In this document: positions 8,794 to 19,153 of the stretch, in pieces
How positions within the stretch are numbered: position 1 is the first letter of the stretch
Layout of the letters: each line of letters starts with the position of its first letter
DNA from: Pyrinomonadaceae bacterium
GTDB lineage: Bacteria; Acidobacteriota; Blastocatellia; Pyrinomonadales; Pyrinomonadaceae
Length of the DNA: 64,000 nt
NCBI GenBank assembly: GCA_035639235.1
Contig: DASQYL010000229.1
Span: forward strand, 7-64,006
Reading direction: 5' to 3'
Notes under the pieces: model-generated
Databases searched by the model: none
What the model saw: only the letters and a program-made list of their open reading frames with translations
What the model was told of the DNA's origin: nothing
Position numbers and translations under genes: made by a program

Positions 8794-9921
8794 GTGCGCG
8801 CAGCGTTCTTAGTTTTCGCGATCCTTTCGCTGTCCGGAATCGCAAATGCCCAGAGTGGCGTCAGGCCGTCACCGTCGCCTACACCGAGATCCGACGATCA
8901 GGAACCGGTCCGCGTCTTCACCGAAGAAGTGCGCTTGCCGATCGCGGCGACTGATACCTACGGCCATTATGACCCAACGCTCACCGTTAATGATGTGCTG
9001 ATTTTGGAAGACGGTCAGGCACAACAGATCAGAAGCATCCAGCATCTACCGGGCAACGTTTTGTTGTTACTCGATGTTGGTAATCAATTGGGATTAAAGG
9101 ATACGAACCTCACCCGCGACGTTGCATTACGCGTCGTCAACAGTCTCTTTGCCGGAACGCGGTTCGCCATTATGCAATTCGCGATGAAGCCAGAGTTGCT
9201 GCAACCATGGACCAGCGACAAGTCAGGAATCGAGAAGGTCCTGAAGACGAAGATGCTTTCCGGCAAGAGCAGTCGCCTGGCCGACGCTTTCGCTGCGGCT
9301 GCCGATCAATTCAAAGAAACTGCGCCGGGCACGCGGCATATCGTGATCATAACCGACGGGGTCGATACGCCGGGTGGCAAGATCACTATGGCGAATGCTC
9401 TAAAGCAATTGAATTCGATCCAAGCCAGCCTGCACATTCTCAGTTACACCGTGATGGAGCGACAGGAACTGGGAGAGAAAACGAAAGTCGTAAGCGGCGG
9501 TGACGGCGTTCAGCGTGACGGCAATCCCGGCAGCAATCCAGTCGCCAACGGCGATCCGACGTTGCCGCCGGGAGTTACCCGCACGCCGAGTTTCAAGATT
9601 GGATCGATCGATACAGACATCGCGATGCGCCGCAAGCGAAAGGAATACGAGCGCGCAACGCGTGATAGCGAAAAGCAACTGACTTCAATTGCCGAGGAGA
9701 GCGGCGGCCGAATCTTCTTACCCGCCAACAAAAACGAAATACTCGATCAGGCGGGTCTGATCGCTCGCGACATCGGATCGCAATACGTCGTGACTTATCG
9801 TCCCACCCGTCCGTTGTCGCAAGCAAAAGCGGGTGAATACCGGAAAATTGAAGTGGCGTCTCGACGCGTAGGCCTTTATCTGAGAAGCCGGCGCGGCTAC
9901 GTTGTTTCGAATAATCAGTAA
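8794..9921 (+). CDS. secreted von Willebrand factor type A (VWA) domain protein
   Basis: Signal peptide. VLLLLDVGNQ (MIDAS-like region), IVIITDGVDT and a C-terminal YRKIEV pattern typical of this VWA family. Confidence 0.75.
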   Translation: MRAAFLVFAILSLSGIANAQSGVRPSPSPTPRSDDQEPVRVFTEEVRLPIAATDTYGHYDPTLTVNDVLILEDGQAQQIRSIQHLPGNVLLLLDVGNQLGLKDTNLTRDVALRVVNSLFAGTRFAIMQFAMKPELLQPWTSDKSGIEKVLKTKMLSGKSSRLADAFAAAADQFKETAPGTRHIVIITDGVDTPGGKITMANALKQLNSIQASLHILSYTVMERQELGEKTKVVSGGDGVQRDGNPGSNPVANGDPTLPPGVTRTPSFKIGSIDTDIAMRRKRKEYERATRDSEKQLTSIAEESGGRIFLPANKNEILDQAGLIARDIGSQYVVTYRPTRPLSQAKAGEYRKIEVASRRVGLYLRSRRGYVVSNNQ

Positions 9922-9956
9922 GAATTTTCGCGACCGATCGCGGCTGAGATGCCAAA

Positions 9957-9991
9957 TCCTAAAAAGAAAAAAGCCTCATTGAATGGGGCTT
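9957..9991 (-). terminator. intrinsic terminator of the HD-GYP regulator gene
   Basis: On the minus strand, the hairpin aagcccc-attcaat-gaggctt is followed by ttttttcttttt. Confidence 0.7.
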
Positions 9992-10056
9992 GAATCATCT
10001 CGTCGCTGTCTCTACCCAGGTGTAAACGCCTGGGCTAGGGGAACGCTTTCAATGTT

Positions 10057-11190
10057 TTAACTCGCCGGGGCGTTCAATTGAGATTCGACGGCTGCATTAT
10101 TGATTGATTCCCATTCTGCGTCAGGCGGTTTTGGCAAGAGCGATCGACGACGCAACTCCGCCCAATCTTCCTGCGGCACGCGGTGAAAAGCTTCGACTAC
10201 CTTCGGATCGAATTGCCGTCCGCTCCATTCGTCTAATTCGACGGCCGCGGCCGCATACGATCGGCCCTGGCGATACACGCGATCGCTGGTAATCGCGTCA
10301 AATGCATCGGCGACTGAAAAGATGCGCGCACAAATATCGATATCTTCGCCAGCCAATCCCAAAGGATAACCCGATCCGTCCCACTTCTCGTGGTGCTGCG
10401 CGACGACGCGCGCAGCGCCTTGCAGAAATTTTATTCCGCGCAGAATCTGCTGTCCGTGCAGAGGGTGCTCACGCATGCGCACCCATTCTTCGTCCGTGAG
10501 CTTCGCCGGTTTACGAAGGATTGCGTCGGGAACTCCGATCTTGCCAATGTCGTGAAGCAGCGAACCGAATTCGAGCGCCTTCATCTCCGGCGCATTCAAA
10601 CCGTATTCACGGCCGAGCCGCAAGCTGAAGGTGACGACGCGTTCAGAGTGTCCATGCGTCTCGGCATCGCGCGTTTCCAGGGCCGCGGTTAATGCTTTCA
10701 ATGTCGAGCGATACGCGTTCTCAAGCGAACCGAGCGCTGCGTCCAACTCAGCCGTGCGTTGCGCAACCAGGTCTTCCAACTGGGTTTCATAGAGACGCTT
10801 GGCGACGATCAATTCATAATGGTTGAGCGCGCGTGACACGGCGGCTTCGGCCTGCCGCAGATCGAACGGCTTCATGAGGTAGTCAAACGCACCCAATCTC
10901 AGCGCATTGATCGCGCTCTCAATCGTCTGCATTCCGCTGATCATGACAATAACTGTATCGGGCGAAACGGCTTTTACATGCGGGATCATTTCGAGGCCGC
11001 TCATGCCGCTCATCGTGATGTCACTGATCACTAATTGATAGTCGCTACAGCGCAGTTGCTCGAGGGCTTCTTCGGCAGAAGATGCTTCGACGCAATCGTA
11101 CGAATCGCACAAGAGGTCATTAAGTACGCTGCGGACCTCGGCTTCATCGTCCACAATTAGGAGGTGCGGCTTTGGGGTATTGTCGCTCAT
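10057..11190 (-). CDS. two-component response regulator with HD-GYP (c-di-GMP phosphodiesterase-type) output domain
   Basis: REC domain (LLIVDDE...DITMSGMSGLE). HD-GYP region (HDIGKIGVPDAILRKPAKLTDEEW, HHEKWDGSGYP). Confidence 0.9.
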   Translation of the reverse strand: MSDNTPKPHLLIVDDEAEVRSVLNDLLCDSYDCVEASSAEEALEQLRCSDYQLVISDITMSGMSGLEMIPHVKAVSPDTVIVMISGMQTIESAINALRLGAFDYLMKPFDLRQAEAAVSRALNHYELIVAKRLYETQLEDLVAQRTAELDAALGSLENAYRSTLKALTAALETRDAETHGHSERVVTFSLRLGREYGLNAPEMKALEFGSLLHDIGKIGVPDAILRKPAKLTDEEWVRMREHPLHGQQILRGIKFLQGAARVVAQHHEKWDGSGYPLGLAGEDIDICARIFSVADAFDAITSDRVYRQGRSYAAAAVELDEWSGRQFDPKVVEAFHRVPQEDWAELRRRSLLPKPPDAEWESINNAAVESQLNAPAS

Positions 11191-11388
11191 AGGCCTGAGG
11201 AGGATGATCGATTCGGAAACGAAACTGATCTGGAGGATCGATCGAAGAAAACAGCCGGGGCTTGACCGGCCCGAGCATTGTACAACGTTGCTACGGATAT
11301 GGCAAACATTCTTTTACGTTAGAATTGTTCAGAGAATGCGTTGATTTTTGGTGAGTTTGACGCTTGAGGAGTGTCGCGACAGCGCGGT

Positions 11389-11418
11389 TTGACCGAATTG
11401 ATAGGCGTCGACTAATAT
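11389..11418 (+). promoter_or_regulatory. candidate sigma70-type promoter for tRNA-Leu
   Basis: TTGACC (11389..11394), 18-nt spacer, TAATAT (11413..11418), 22 nt before the tRNA 5' end. Confidence 0.4.
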
Positions 11419-11440
11419 GGCCTCCGCCACCGTACGAGCC

Positions 11441-11529
11441 GCCGGAGTGGCGAAATTGGTATACGCACCAGACTCAAAATCTGGCGAGGTTCACTCCTCA
11501 TGAGAGTTCGAGTCTCTCCTCCGGCACCA
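11441..11529 (+). tRNA. tRNA-Leu (anticodon CAA), encoded CCA
   Basis: Acceptor GCCGGAG/CTCCGGC. Anticodon stem CCAGA/TCTGG with loop CTCAAAA. Long variable arm. T-arm GAGAG-TTCGAGT-CTCTC. Discriminator A then CCA. Confidence 0.92.
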
Positions 11530-11565
11530 AGGCTTGCGAACAAACTTCTTAGTTGCCGTAAGCGA

Positions 11566-11600
11566 AAAGGCCGAGCGTCCTAATCAGACATTCGGCCTTT
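11566..11600. terminator. bidirectional terminator between tRNA-Leu and the convergent permease gene
   Basis: aaaggccga (11566..11574) pairs with tcggccttt (11592..11600). T-rich runs follow on both strands. Confidence 0.6.
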
Positions 11601-11619
11601 CTTGTATTGGTCGATCAAC

Positions 11620-13242
11620 TTACTTGATGTGTGAATCGACTGGACCAGCGGGACTGCCCGGAGGCGAATCTGGATCTGCCACCGCCTGACCTGCCGGCGA
11701 GACGCCGTGGGTTTGTATCTCGTGTTGAGTATGACGCGCCATCACGCTGTGACGGCGACCATACGCAAAGTAGATCACCAATCCAATCACCAGCCAGATT
11801 ATCAGTCGATACCAATTCTCGGCGGGCAGTGAGAACATCAGAAGCAAACAGGTTGCGATGCCGAGAATCGGAACCAGCGGCACTAGTGGCGCGCGGAACG
11901 GCCGGTTTGCCTCCGGGTTTGTTCTGCGCATGACGATCACGGCGCCGCAGACGATCACGAATGCGAACAAGGTTCCGATGCTAGTCATCTCGGCGAGAAT
12001 GCTAAGCGGAATGAAACCCGCCATAGACGCGACGAACAGTCCGGTTAGAATCGTCGACTTCCAGGGCGTGCGCCACTTCGGGTGAACATCCCCGAAGAAA
12101 CTGTTTGGCACGAGACCATCGCGACCAAGCGCCAACATTACGCGCGGCTGACTCAGCATCATCACCAGCAGAACGGATGTGATTCCGGTCATGGCGCCGA
12201 AAGCAACGAGATACTGCATCCAGGTTAGTCCTGCTCGCTTGAACGCCTCGACCACCGGAGCGTTAATGTCGATCTCTTTAGCTGGCACCATTCCCGTCAA
12301 AACCGCAGAGACCGCGATATAGAGAATCGTGCAGATAATCAATGAAGCGATGATGCCAATCGGAACATCTTTGGCGGGCTCACGCGCTTCTTCCGAGTGC
12401 ACCGATACGGAATCGAACCCGATATAAGCAAAGAAGATGATCGCGGCGCCGGCAAACATTCCCAAAGGTTCTCCGCCCGCCGCGTGTTCGCCGAGAATTG
12501 TTTTGCCAAAGAAGCTGACTCCCGTGTAACCGAAGGGCGCGAACGGGTGCCAGTTAGCAGTGCCGAACTTAGTGACCAACAGGTAGCCACCGATTCCAAT
12601 CACGAGAAATACGATGACTAACTTCACCGCGACCATGGCAGCGTTAAAGCTGGCGCTTTCCTTAATCCCCTTTACCAGAATCACAGTCAGGATGAATGTG
12701 ATCAAGACGGCTGGCAGATCAAAATACGCTCCTGTCGCAACAAATCCTGTATGCGGGCATCCTGCTCCGACGCTGACGCAATAGTTAATTGGAGCCGTGG
12801 CAATAATCTGCGGAACATGGAATCCGAATATCGGCGTGAACTCCTGAAAGTGCGCCGACCAACCGTGGGCCACCGTGGCTGATCCGACCGCGTATTCGAG
12901 AATCAAATCCCAGCCGATGATCCAGGCGAACAGTTCGCCAAGAGTTGCATAGGCGTAGGTGTAAGCGGAGCCGGCGACCGGCACCATTGACGCGAACTCG
13001 GCGTAACACAGCGCCGCGAAGACGCACGCGAGACCAGCGAGCACGAACGACAGCATCAGTGCCGGACCGGTGCGATCATGCGCTGCGACGCCGGTCAGAA
13101 TAAAGATACCGGTGCCGATGATCGCGCCCACGCCGAGTGAAGTCAGTTGTACTGGGCCAAGGATGCGACGCAAGCGGTGACTGCCCGCTTCTTCTGCCAG
13201 CAACAGGCTGAGTGGTTTGGTCCTAAACAGTTGGCTAGCCAT
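11620..13242 (-). CDS. APC-superfamily amino acid permease (cationic amino acid transporter-like)
   Basis: LTSLGVGAIIGTGIFILTG signature, 12 or more predicted TM segments, 540 aa. Confidence 0.88.
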   Translation of the reverse strand: MASQLFRTKPLSLLLAEEAGSHRLRRILGPVQLTSLGVGAIIGTGIFILTGVAAHDRTGPALMLSFVLAGLACVFAALCYAEFASMVPVAGSAYTYAYATLGELFAWIIGWDLILEYAVGSATVAHGWSAHFQEFTPIFGFHVPQIIATAPINYCVSVGAGCPHTGFVATGAYFDLPAVLITFILTVILVKGIKESASFNAAMVAVKLVIVFLVIGIGGYLLVTKFGTANWHPFAPFGYTGVSFFGKTILGEHAAGGEPLGMFAGAAIIFFAYIGFDSVSVHSEEAREPAKDVPIGIIASLIICTILYIAVSAVLTGMVPAKEIDINAPVVEAFKRAGLTWMQYLVAFGAMTGITSVLLVMMLSQPRVMLALGRDGLVPNSFFGDVHPKWRTPWKSTILTGLFVASMAGFIPLSILAEMTSIGTLFAFVIVCGAVIVMRRTNPEANRPFRAPLVPLVPILGIATCLLLMFSLPAENWYRLIIWLVIGLVIYFAYGRRHSVMARHTQHEIQTHGVSPAGQAVADPDSPPGSPAGPVDSHIK

Positions 13243-13261
13243 TCAGAAATCCTCCGAGAGT

Positions 13262-13336
13262 GTTCGACAAACTTCAGTTTGTCGAGTGTGATTGGTTCAA
13301 TGTTCGTTAAGAACGACAAACTGAAGTTTGTCGAAC
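13262..13336. repeat. two copies of a 9-bp-stem hairpin in mutually inverted orientation
   Basis: tcgacaaac-ttca-gtttgtcga (13264..13285) and cgacaaac-tgaa-gtttgtcg (13314..13333), between the two permease genes. Confidence 0.8.
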
Positions 13337-13337
13337 T

Positions 13338-14882
13338 TCAATACTCGCCTTCGGCCTTAGCCTCGGCTACCGAAATCGATCCTTCTTCTGCCATTGGCGT
13401 TCCAAATTTGCGCCAAATGAAATAAACCGGAATTCCGGTGATGGCGATAATTAATCCGGGCCACGTGGTGGCTGTTTGATAGACGAAAAGAACGATCAAG
13501 ATTACGGCCGCGCCGATGATGTAGAGAATCGGCACAACCGGATAGCCGAATGCCTTGTATGGCCGCTCGGCATTCGGTCGTTTGTAACGCAACACGATGA
13601 TTCCCAGGATAGTGAGGATATAAAAGATCAGTGCCGCCGAAATGACGTAATCGAGCAGGTTGCTGTAAAGATTTCCGTAAGTAACGCGACCGGCTGCGTC
13701 TGACTTCATGGTGCGCGGCAGCACTAGTAGCGCCGCCCAAATACCCTGAATCACGAGACCCCAGCCGGGAACGTGACGGTGATTCAACTCGCCCGATCGT
13801 TTGAAAAACAAACCGTCGCGCGCCATCGCGTAATAGCAGCGTGCGCCGGCCAGAATCAATCCGTTGTTGCATCCGAACGTCGAGATCATAATCGCGACTG
13901 CCATCACAACGGCGCCGCGCCCGGAAAAAATCACGTTCATCGTGTCGGTGGCCACGCGATCGGCGCCCTGAATTTTTTCGAAGGGCAGCGTCGTCAGATA
14001 GGCCACGTTCGCGAGCAGATACAACGCGATGACGATCATCGTGCCGAAGGCGAGCGAAAGCGGAATGTTGCGCTTTGGATCTTTTACCTCGCCGGCGGTG
14101 AAGGTGATGTTGTTCCAGGCGTCGGCAGAGAACAGGGAGCCGGTTTGCGAAACACAGATCCCGACAAACAACCCGAACGCCGTGAGCGCCGTCAACCCGC
14201 CTCCGAGATCGTCCAGCGAGCCGCGCACCGTCCACAGGTTGCCGAAGTTTGCGTGCACCACTCCGGAATTCCAGCCGATAAAAATTCCCAGCACGATAAG
14301 TCCGAACAACGCGGCCAACTTCGCAGTTGTAAAAGTATTCTGGACGAGCTTGCCGAGCTTCAACCCGCGTGTGTTCATGAAAGTCAGTAACACAATCAAC
14401 AGCAGGCCCACCAGCTGCGCAGTTGAAAGGGACACAGCGTAACTGCCAAAGACGTGTTTCGGCGTGATTAGATATTTGTCTTCGCCAATGCGTGGAACTA
14501 ACACGCCGAGGTAACGTGCGAATCCCACGGCGACTGCGGCAATCGTTCCGGTCTGAATTACCAGGAACAGAGTCCAGCCGTACAGAAATCCCCAGAGCGG
14601 CGAGAAGGCTTCGCGCAGGTAAACATACTGGCCGCCGGCCTTCGGCATCATGGCAGCAAGCTCGCCATAACTCAGCGCTCCCACCACGGTCAGCAGACCC
14701 GTGACGATCCAAACGACCAGCAGCCATCCGGGCGATCCAACGTTCTTTGAAATCCCGCCCGAGACAATAAAAATGCCGGATCCAATCATGGAGCCGGCGA
14801 CGATCATCGTCGAATCGAGTAAACCCAGACCGCGAATAAAGCCGTGCGCTTTCGTGTGTGTCACTGCGGCAGCTTCTGCCAT
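13338..14882 (-). CDS. APC-superfamily amino acid permease (LAT-like)
   Basis: IVAGSMIGSGIFIVSG signature and multiple TM segments. The overlapping 456-aa same-strand ORF is an Arg-rich out-of-frame shadow. Confidence 0.88.
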   Translation of the reverse strand: MAEAAAVTHTKAHGFIRGLGLLDSTMIVAGSMIGSGIFIVSGGISKNVGSPGWLLVVWIVTGLLTVVGALSYGELAAMMPKAGGQYVYLREAFSPLWGFLYGWTLFLVIQTGTIAAVAVGFARYLGVLVPRIGEDKYLITPKHVFGSYAVSLSTAQLVGLLLIVLLTFMNTRGLKLGKLVQNTFTTAKLAALFGLIVLGIFIGWNSGVVHANFGNLWTVRGSLDDLGGGLTALTAFGLFVGICVSQTGSLFSADAWNNITFTAGEVKDPKRNIPLSLAFGTMIVIALYLLANVAYLTTLPFEKIQGADRVATDTMNVIFSGRGAVVMAVAIMISTFGCNNGLILAGARCYYAMARDGLFFKRSGELNHRHVPGWGLVIQGIWAALLVLPRTMKSDAAGRVTYGNLYSNLLDYVISAALIFYILTILGIIVLRYKRPNAERPYKAFGYPVVPILYIIGAAVILIVLFVYQTATTWPGLIIAITGIPVYFIWRKFGTPMAEEGSISVAEAKAEGEY

Positions 14883-15079
14883 TCGTTACTCCGAGCGTCG
14901 AGCTGATCTCGTGAACTGCTTGTTTCTTTACTTCAGGGAGAAGGGGAACGCGAGCGGCATTATACTGAATTGAGGCGCGGTGTCGAGTGATAAAGCAACG
15001 GAACCGATATTGTCATCAAACGTCTGTGGTTTGACACAAAGGCGCTGCGTGGCCAACCGCATTGCAGCGAAGGCGGGCC

Positions 15080-16282
15080 ATGGGCTTAAATAAGTTCACG
15101 ATGAAACACCAAGTCCCCCTGAGTCTCGCAGTAGTCTTAATTATTCTGTCTTTCTCAAGCTGCATCGACAACCGCCAATCGGCTGGAAATAGCAAGAGCG
15201 CCACGTCCGCAGTTAGTCCGGCACCGTCGCCTGAAGCTAAGGAGCAGACGCCATCAGATGCCGAACCGGTGATGTTGAAAGGGCCAAATGCGGTGCCGAA
15301 GGACACGCGCATCATTGTCAACATTCCGGCTTTTCGCATGGATGTTTTTCGCGACGGCACGCTGCTGCGGTCCTACAAGGTCGGAATAGGGTACCAGCAA
15401 TTCCCTTTGCCGACGGGTTTCCGGAAAGCTGAACAGATCATTTTCAATCCAACCTGGACTCAGCCGGACGAAGCCTGGGCCTCGGATCCTGGATCAATTA
15501 CGCCGGCCGGCGCGGCGGACAATCCGCTGGGGCCGATCAAGATTCCAATCGGCGGAGCCAATTTGATCCATGGCGGCAAAGCGCTGGCGAAGATCGGCAC
15601 CTTCGCGTCCCACGGCTGCGTGGGTTTGACTAACGACGAAGTGAAAGATTTTGTGAAGACGCTGGCTGATGCTGCCAAAATCGAATTGACGGACGAGACC
15701 ATTGCCAATTATCTAAAACACCGAACGCGAACGCAGGTCGTGAAACTGCCGAAGCCCGTTCCCGTCGAGTTGCGTTATGAAACGATCGTAATCCAGGACG
15801 GCCAACTGCACATCTATCGCGACGTCTATAACAAAAACACCAATACAGAAGAAAACCTGCGCGCGGCTTTTGAGGCTGCGGGGATCAGCTTCGATAAATT
15901 GTCGGAAGATGAAAAGACGCAAGCGCTCGACGCGGTGAACATGATGTCGCTCCATCCGAAAAGGATGGCGCAGCCAAAACCGAGTTTGCCGGCGAATGCA
16001 AATGCAGAGGACAGGAAAGCGGCTGCTGCCCAAGCCCGAACCGAAGCACAGAGACAAGCGAAGCTGCGCAGTCAAAAAGAAATTGTGATCGACATAAGCG
16101 AGTTGACCGGCAAAGGTTATCCGGCGGCGAAGGATTTACAGACTGGCGCGGGCACGGTGGCGAGTAACGCCGGCGCGCCGCCCTTGCCCAAGAAGCGGCA
16201 GCGCAGTGCTCCAAGTCCTGAGCCGCAAACCACGCCCGCGAAAGCGCAGCCATCGCAAACGAGCGCGCCACCGAAGCTCTAA
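15080..16282 (+). CDS. L,D-transpeptidase (YkuD domain) lipoprotein with Lys/Ala/Pro-rich tail
   Basis: Lipobox-like LSFSSC. YkuD core IVNIPAFRMDVF...IHGG...SHGCVGL. The start is uncertain (15062, 15080 or 15101). Confidence 0.85.
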   Translation: MGLNKFTMKHQVPLSLAVVLIILSFSSCIDNRQSAGNSKSATSAVSPAPSPEAKEQTPSDAEPVMLKGPNAVPKDTRIIVNIPAFRMDVFRDGTLLRSYKVGIGYQQFPLPTGFRKAEQIIFNPTWTQPDEAWASDPGSITPAGAADNPLGPIKIPIGGANLIHGGKALAKIGTFASHGCVGLTNDEVKDFVKTLADAAKIELTDETIANYLKHRTRTQVVKLPKPVPVELRYETIVIQDGQLHIYRDVYNKNTNTEENLRAAFEAAGISFDKLSEDEKTQALDAVNMMSLHPKRMAQPKPSLPANANAEDRKAAAAQARTEAQRQAKLRSQKEIVIDISELTGKGYPAAKDLQTGAGTVASNAGAPPLPKKRQRSAPSPEPQTTPAKAQPSQTSAPPKL

Positions 16283-16342
16283 TTTATTGGCGAGCGGCCA
16301 ACCGAGAAAATTCTTTTTCCGATAGCGCCCCACTTGCCGATC

Positions 16343-16434
16343 TATTTGCGTCTTCGCGGCTTTGCGTGAGGTTGAGCCGTCGAAAGGCGCATTTGAAGTG
16401 GAAGCCGCAAAGGCACAAAAAATCGCAAGGCAAA
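16343..16434 (+). repeat. ~90-nt dispersed repeat, copy 2 (see 2921..3010)
   Basis: Direct alignment to copy 1. Confidence 0.8.
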
Positions 16435-16634
16435 TAGGGCATTGTTTTTCTGAGATAATCCCAGGATTCTGTCCACAACTTCCGGCAGGCATTTGGCATA
16501 ATCCGGCAAACCCGCGATCTGACTACCGCATCCGAATACAGCCTCTGTCTCTTCCTGATGAAAATGGTTCTGGCAAACGAACATTTTGCTAATTGATTTG
16601 TAAATTCTGCTGGAAATCTGAAAGAATTCGAACA

Positions 16635-17903
16635 ATGAAGAATCGAATCCCCAGGCTGCCGAAGATCGCTCTGGTCTCACTTGGTGTCGTACTGGCGTTG
16701 TTTGCCACGATGTCTTCGCAGGCCCAATCGTCGCGGCCGCGGCGAGTCGCGCCGACGCCCACGCCGACACCGGACACGCTCCTGGGTCCTCCACCAAAGG
16801 CTGCACCGCCGGTCGATCGAAATGCGCCCTTGCTCGACGTAAAACCGAGCAAACCAGTCGGCGAAGCGCCGGCAACAACCAACACGGACACGACGCACGC
16901 TTTTCAACTCTTTCAGCAGCGGCAGTACGCGCAAGCGGCGAAGGAAGCAAGGGCGGTGGCCGCGAACGATCCAATGAATGCTGAAGCCTGGAAGCTCGCC
17001 GGATTTTCCGACTTCTATTTAAAGCAATACAACGAAGCGAGCGACGATCTGCAGAAGGCTTTGGAGCTGCAACGTAAGGCCGGTGCGGAAGATCCGCACA
17101 CTCTCGATGCGTTGGCGGAAAGCTACACGCTCGGAGAGAAGTTCGATCTCGCACTGCCTTTGCTCGTAAAAATTACGACGCGCCCAGGTACCACGCCTGA
17201 CGCGCAGTTTCTCTATTACCGTGGCTTGTCCGAATTTAAAACCAACAAGATTGACGACGCCGAAAAGACATTCAACGCCGCGGTGAAAGCAAATCCGAAA
17301 GATGCCGCGTCGCTGCTGTATCTTGGACAAATTGCGTTAACGAAAAAGGATCTCGACACAGCCATCTCAACGCTCAATCGCGCGACGACGAACGATCCGA
17401 AATTGACTTCAGCCTGGTACCTGCTGACTTCGGCTTATTTGCGGCGCGCGACTGGGGAGAGTAGTGATGAATCAAAAGCAGCCGCCGATTATCTCGGCGC
17501 TATTCGATCCGGCGAACAGTTGACGCGCTTACGATCCGATGAAGAAGCTCTGGGACTGTACGCGCGCGCTTTGATTGGCGCAAAGCAATATGCGCGCGCG
17601 GCCACGGTGCTGGAGAAAGCCGCGGCGAGCGACAACGTCGCCGAAATCACGCTCTACCTGCTGGGCCTGTCATATTCGCGCGCGAACAATTTTCCGAAAG
17701 CAATTGCGACGCTCGAACGCGCCGTTGCCAAAACTCCGAACGATATCAACTCGTATCGCGAGCTAGCCTACGACTACGAAAAGACCAAGCAATATCCAAA
17801 AGCGTTCGCGACTTATCAAAAGGCGCTGACGGTGGCGCCCGACGATGCGGATTTCAAGGAAGGGTTGGAGCGCATGCGGCCCTTTGCAAAACCGGGAGCC
17901 TAG
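16635..17903 (+). CDS. secreted tetratricopeptide (TPR) repeat protein
   Basis: Signal peptide after M at 16635. Repeated TPR-like A..Y..AL..xP 34-residue units. Confidence 0.75.
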   Translation: MKNRIPRLPKIALVSLGVVLALFATMSSQAQSSRPRRVAPTPTPTPDTLLGPPPKAAPPVDRNAPLLDVKPSKPVGEAPATTNTDTTHAFQLFQQRQYAQAAKEARAVAANDPMNAEAWKLAGFSDFYLKQYNEASDDLQKALELQRKAGAEDPHTLDALAESYTLGEKFDLALPLLVKITTRPGTTPDAQFLYYRGLSEFKTNKIDDAEKTFNAAVKANPKDAASLLYLGQIALTKKDLDTAISTLNRATTNDPKLTSAWYLLTSAYLRRATGESSDESKAAADYLGAIRSGEQLTRLRSDEEALGLYARALIGAKQYARAATVLEKAAASDNVAEITLYLLGLSYSRANNFPKAIATLERAVAKTPNDINSYRELAYDYEKTKQYPKAFATYQKALTVAPDDADFKEGLERMRPFAKPGA

Positions 17904-17918
17904 ATTAGCATTCGTCGC

Positions 17919-18413
17919 ATGAAGAGACTATCTGAGAGCCGGGCGCGGCTTGCCCTAACCATAATTGCGTCTCTGTTTGCGGCGGGCTTACTTTCATCAA
18001 ATGTCAGCGCCGCATCGTGGAACGGGATCGAACCGCTGAAGACGCATCGCGAAGAAGTAATCAAGATTCTGGGAGCGCCAATAGCCGAGACTACCGACGG
18101 CGTCATGCGCTTCAACGTCATGGGCGGCTCGGTCCAGGTAAGCTTTATCAGTGAACGATTCGTCACCGCCAAGAAGCTGCGACCCGAGCTCGTCGGCGCC
18201 GTGCTCGAAGTAGTGTTGCATCATGAACACTCTTCCGACACGCCGGAAACTTTGAAGCTGGTAAACAATAAATCGTTCGTGCGCGACGATACCAAGGGCA
18301 CCACCATCTTCCGCAACATGAAAGAAGGTCTCATCTATACCTTTATCGACGGCCGGCTTGAGACGACCCGTTACACCTTCGCGGACGAGCAACTGACAAA
18401 GGCGCGGCGGTAA
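17919..18413 (+). CDS. hypothetical secreted protein
   Basis: ORF with signal peptide (LALTIIASLFAAGLLSSNVSAAS). No known motif. Confidence 0.55.
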   Translation: MKRLSESRARLALTIIASLFAAGLLSSNVSAASWNGIEPLKTHREEVIKILGAPIAETTDGVMRFNVMGGSVQVSFISERFVTAKKLRPELVGAVLEVVLHHEHSSDTPETLKLVNNKSFVRDDTKGTTIFRNMKEGLIYTFIDGRLETTRYTFADEQLTKARR

Positions 18414-18515
18414 ATGGGCGCAGATTAAATCGAACCGATCTGGCAACCAGGCGGCACAGAAACAGCGTCTGTAGGATCAACAATTGCCTCGCTTTGAATC
18501 GATGGAGCTAAATCA

Positions 18516-19079
18516 ATGAATAAAATATTTCGCTCAACGTGTGTAATGGCACTCGCGTTTATATTTGCCGCAGTTGCCCAGGCGCAAAGGCCGCGCGCAA
18601 CCACGCCGGACACCACAGCGACTTCAACGGCGACGCCCACGCCCGCGGCGGCGCCCACTTCCGTGAAGGCCAAGTATGAGGGCGGCGTCTTTGGCCACAA
18701 AAAGAGAATGGAAGGCACGCTGAACTTCGATGACGGCAATAGCCGATTCGTCTTTCGCGACGACAAGGGCAAAGAGATTCTCTTTTTTCCGTACAAATCT
18801 TTGACTGGCGCATTTGCCGATACTCACAAGGTCAGACCTGCGGCCGCGACCGTGGCCCAAAACATTCCGTACGGATTTCCCGCCGGCTTCATAAGGACCA
18901 AGGTTCAATATCTCACGCTGCAATATGACGATCCGGACAGCCACGTCTCGGGGGTAACAAGTTTCAGACTCGACAACAAAGAGATCCTCCAATCGGTGCT
19001 GTACACGCTGGCGAATAAGTCGGGGTTAACGCCACGCGGCGATATCTTTGTGCGCAAGAGAGATCAAACGAATCCATAA
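18516..19079 (+). CDS. hypothetical secreted protein with Thr/Pro/Ala-rich linker
   Basis: ORF with signal peptide (ALAFIFAAVAQAQ). No known motif. Confidence 0.55.
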   Translation: MNKIFRSTCVMALAFIFAAVAQAQRPRATTPDTTATSTATPTPAAAPTSVKAKYEGGVFGHKKRMEGTLNFDDGNSRFVFRDDKGKEILFFPYKSLTGAFADTHKVRPAAATVAQNIPYGFPAGFIRTKVQYLTLQYDDPDSHVSGVTSFRLDNKEILQSVLYTLANKSGLTPRGDIFVRKRDQTNP

Positions 19080-19153
19080 AGTGGAATTGATCGAGCGGGA
19101 AAAGAGCACAAAAACTCTAGCGCGCAACTCGCAACCTCGTTACAATCCGGTGT

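Noticed and set aside
11364-11552. A 62-aa ORF.
   Set aside because: It overlaps tRNA-Leu completely, and the cloverleaf explains the sequence.
13357-14727. A 456-aa ORF on the minus strand overlapping the APC permease.
   Set aside because: It is an out-of-frame shadow of the permease gene. It is extremely Arg/Gly/Ser-rich with no motifs, whereas the 514-aa frame has permease signatures and TM segments.
16342-17154. A 270-aa ORF antisense to the TPR gene and running through the 16343..16434 repeat.
   Set aside because: It has Pro/Arg-rich low-complexity composition and spans a dispersed repeat. The plus-strand ORF has a signal peptide and TPR periodicity.
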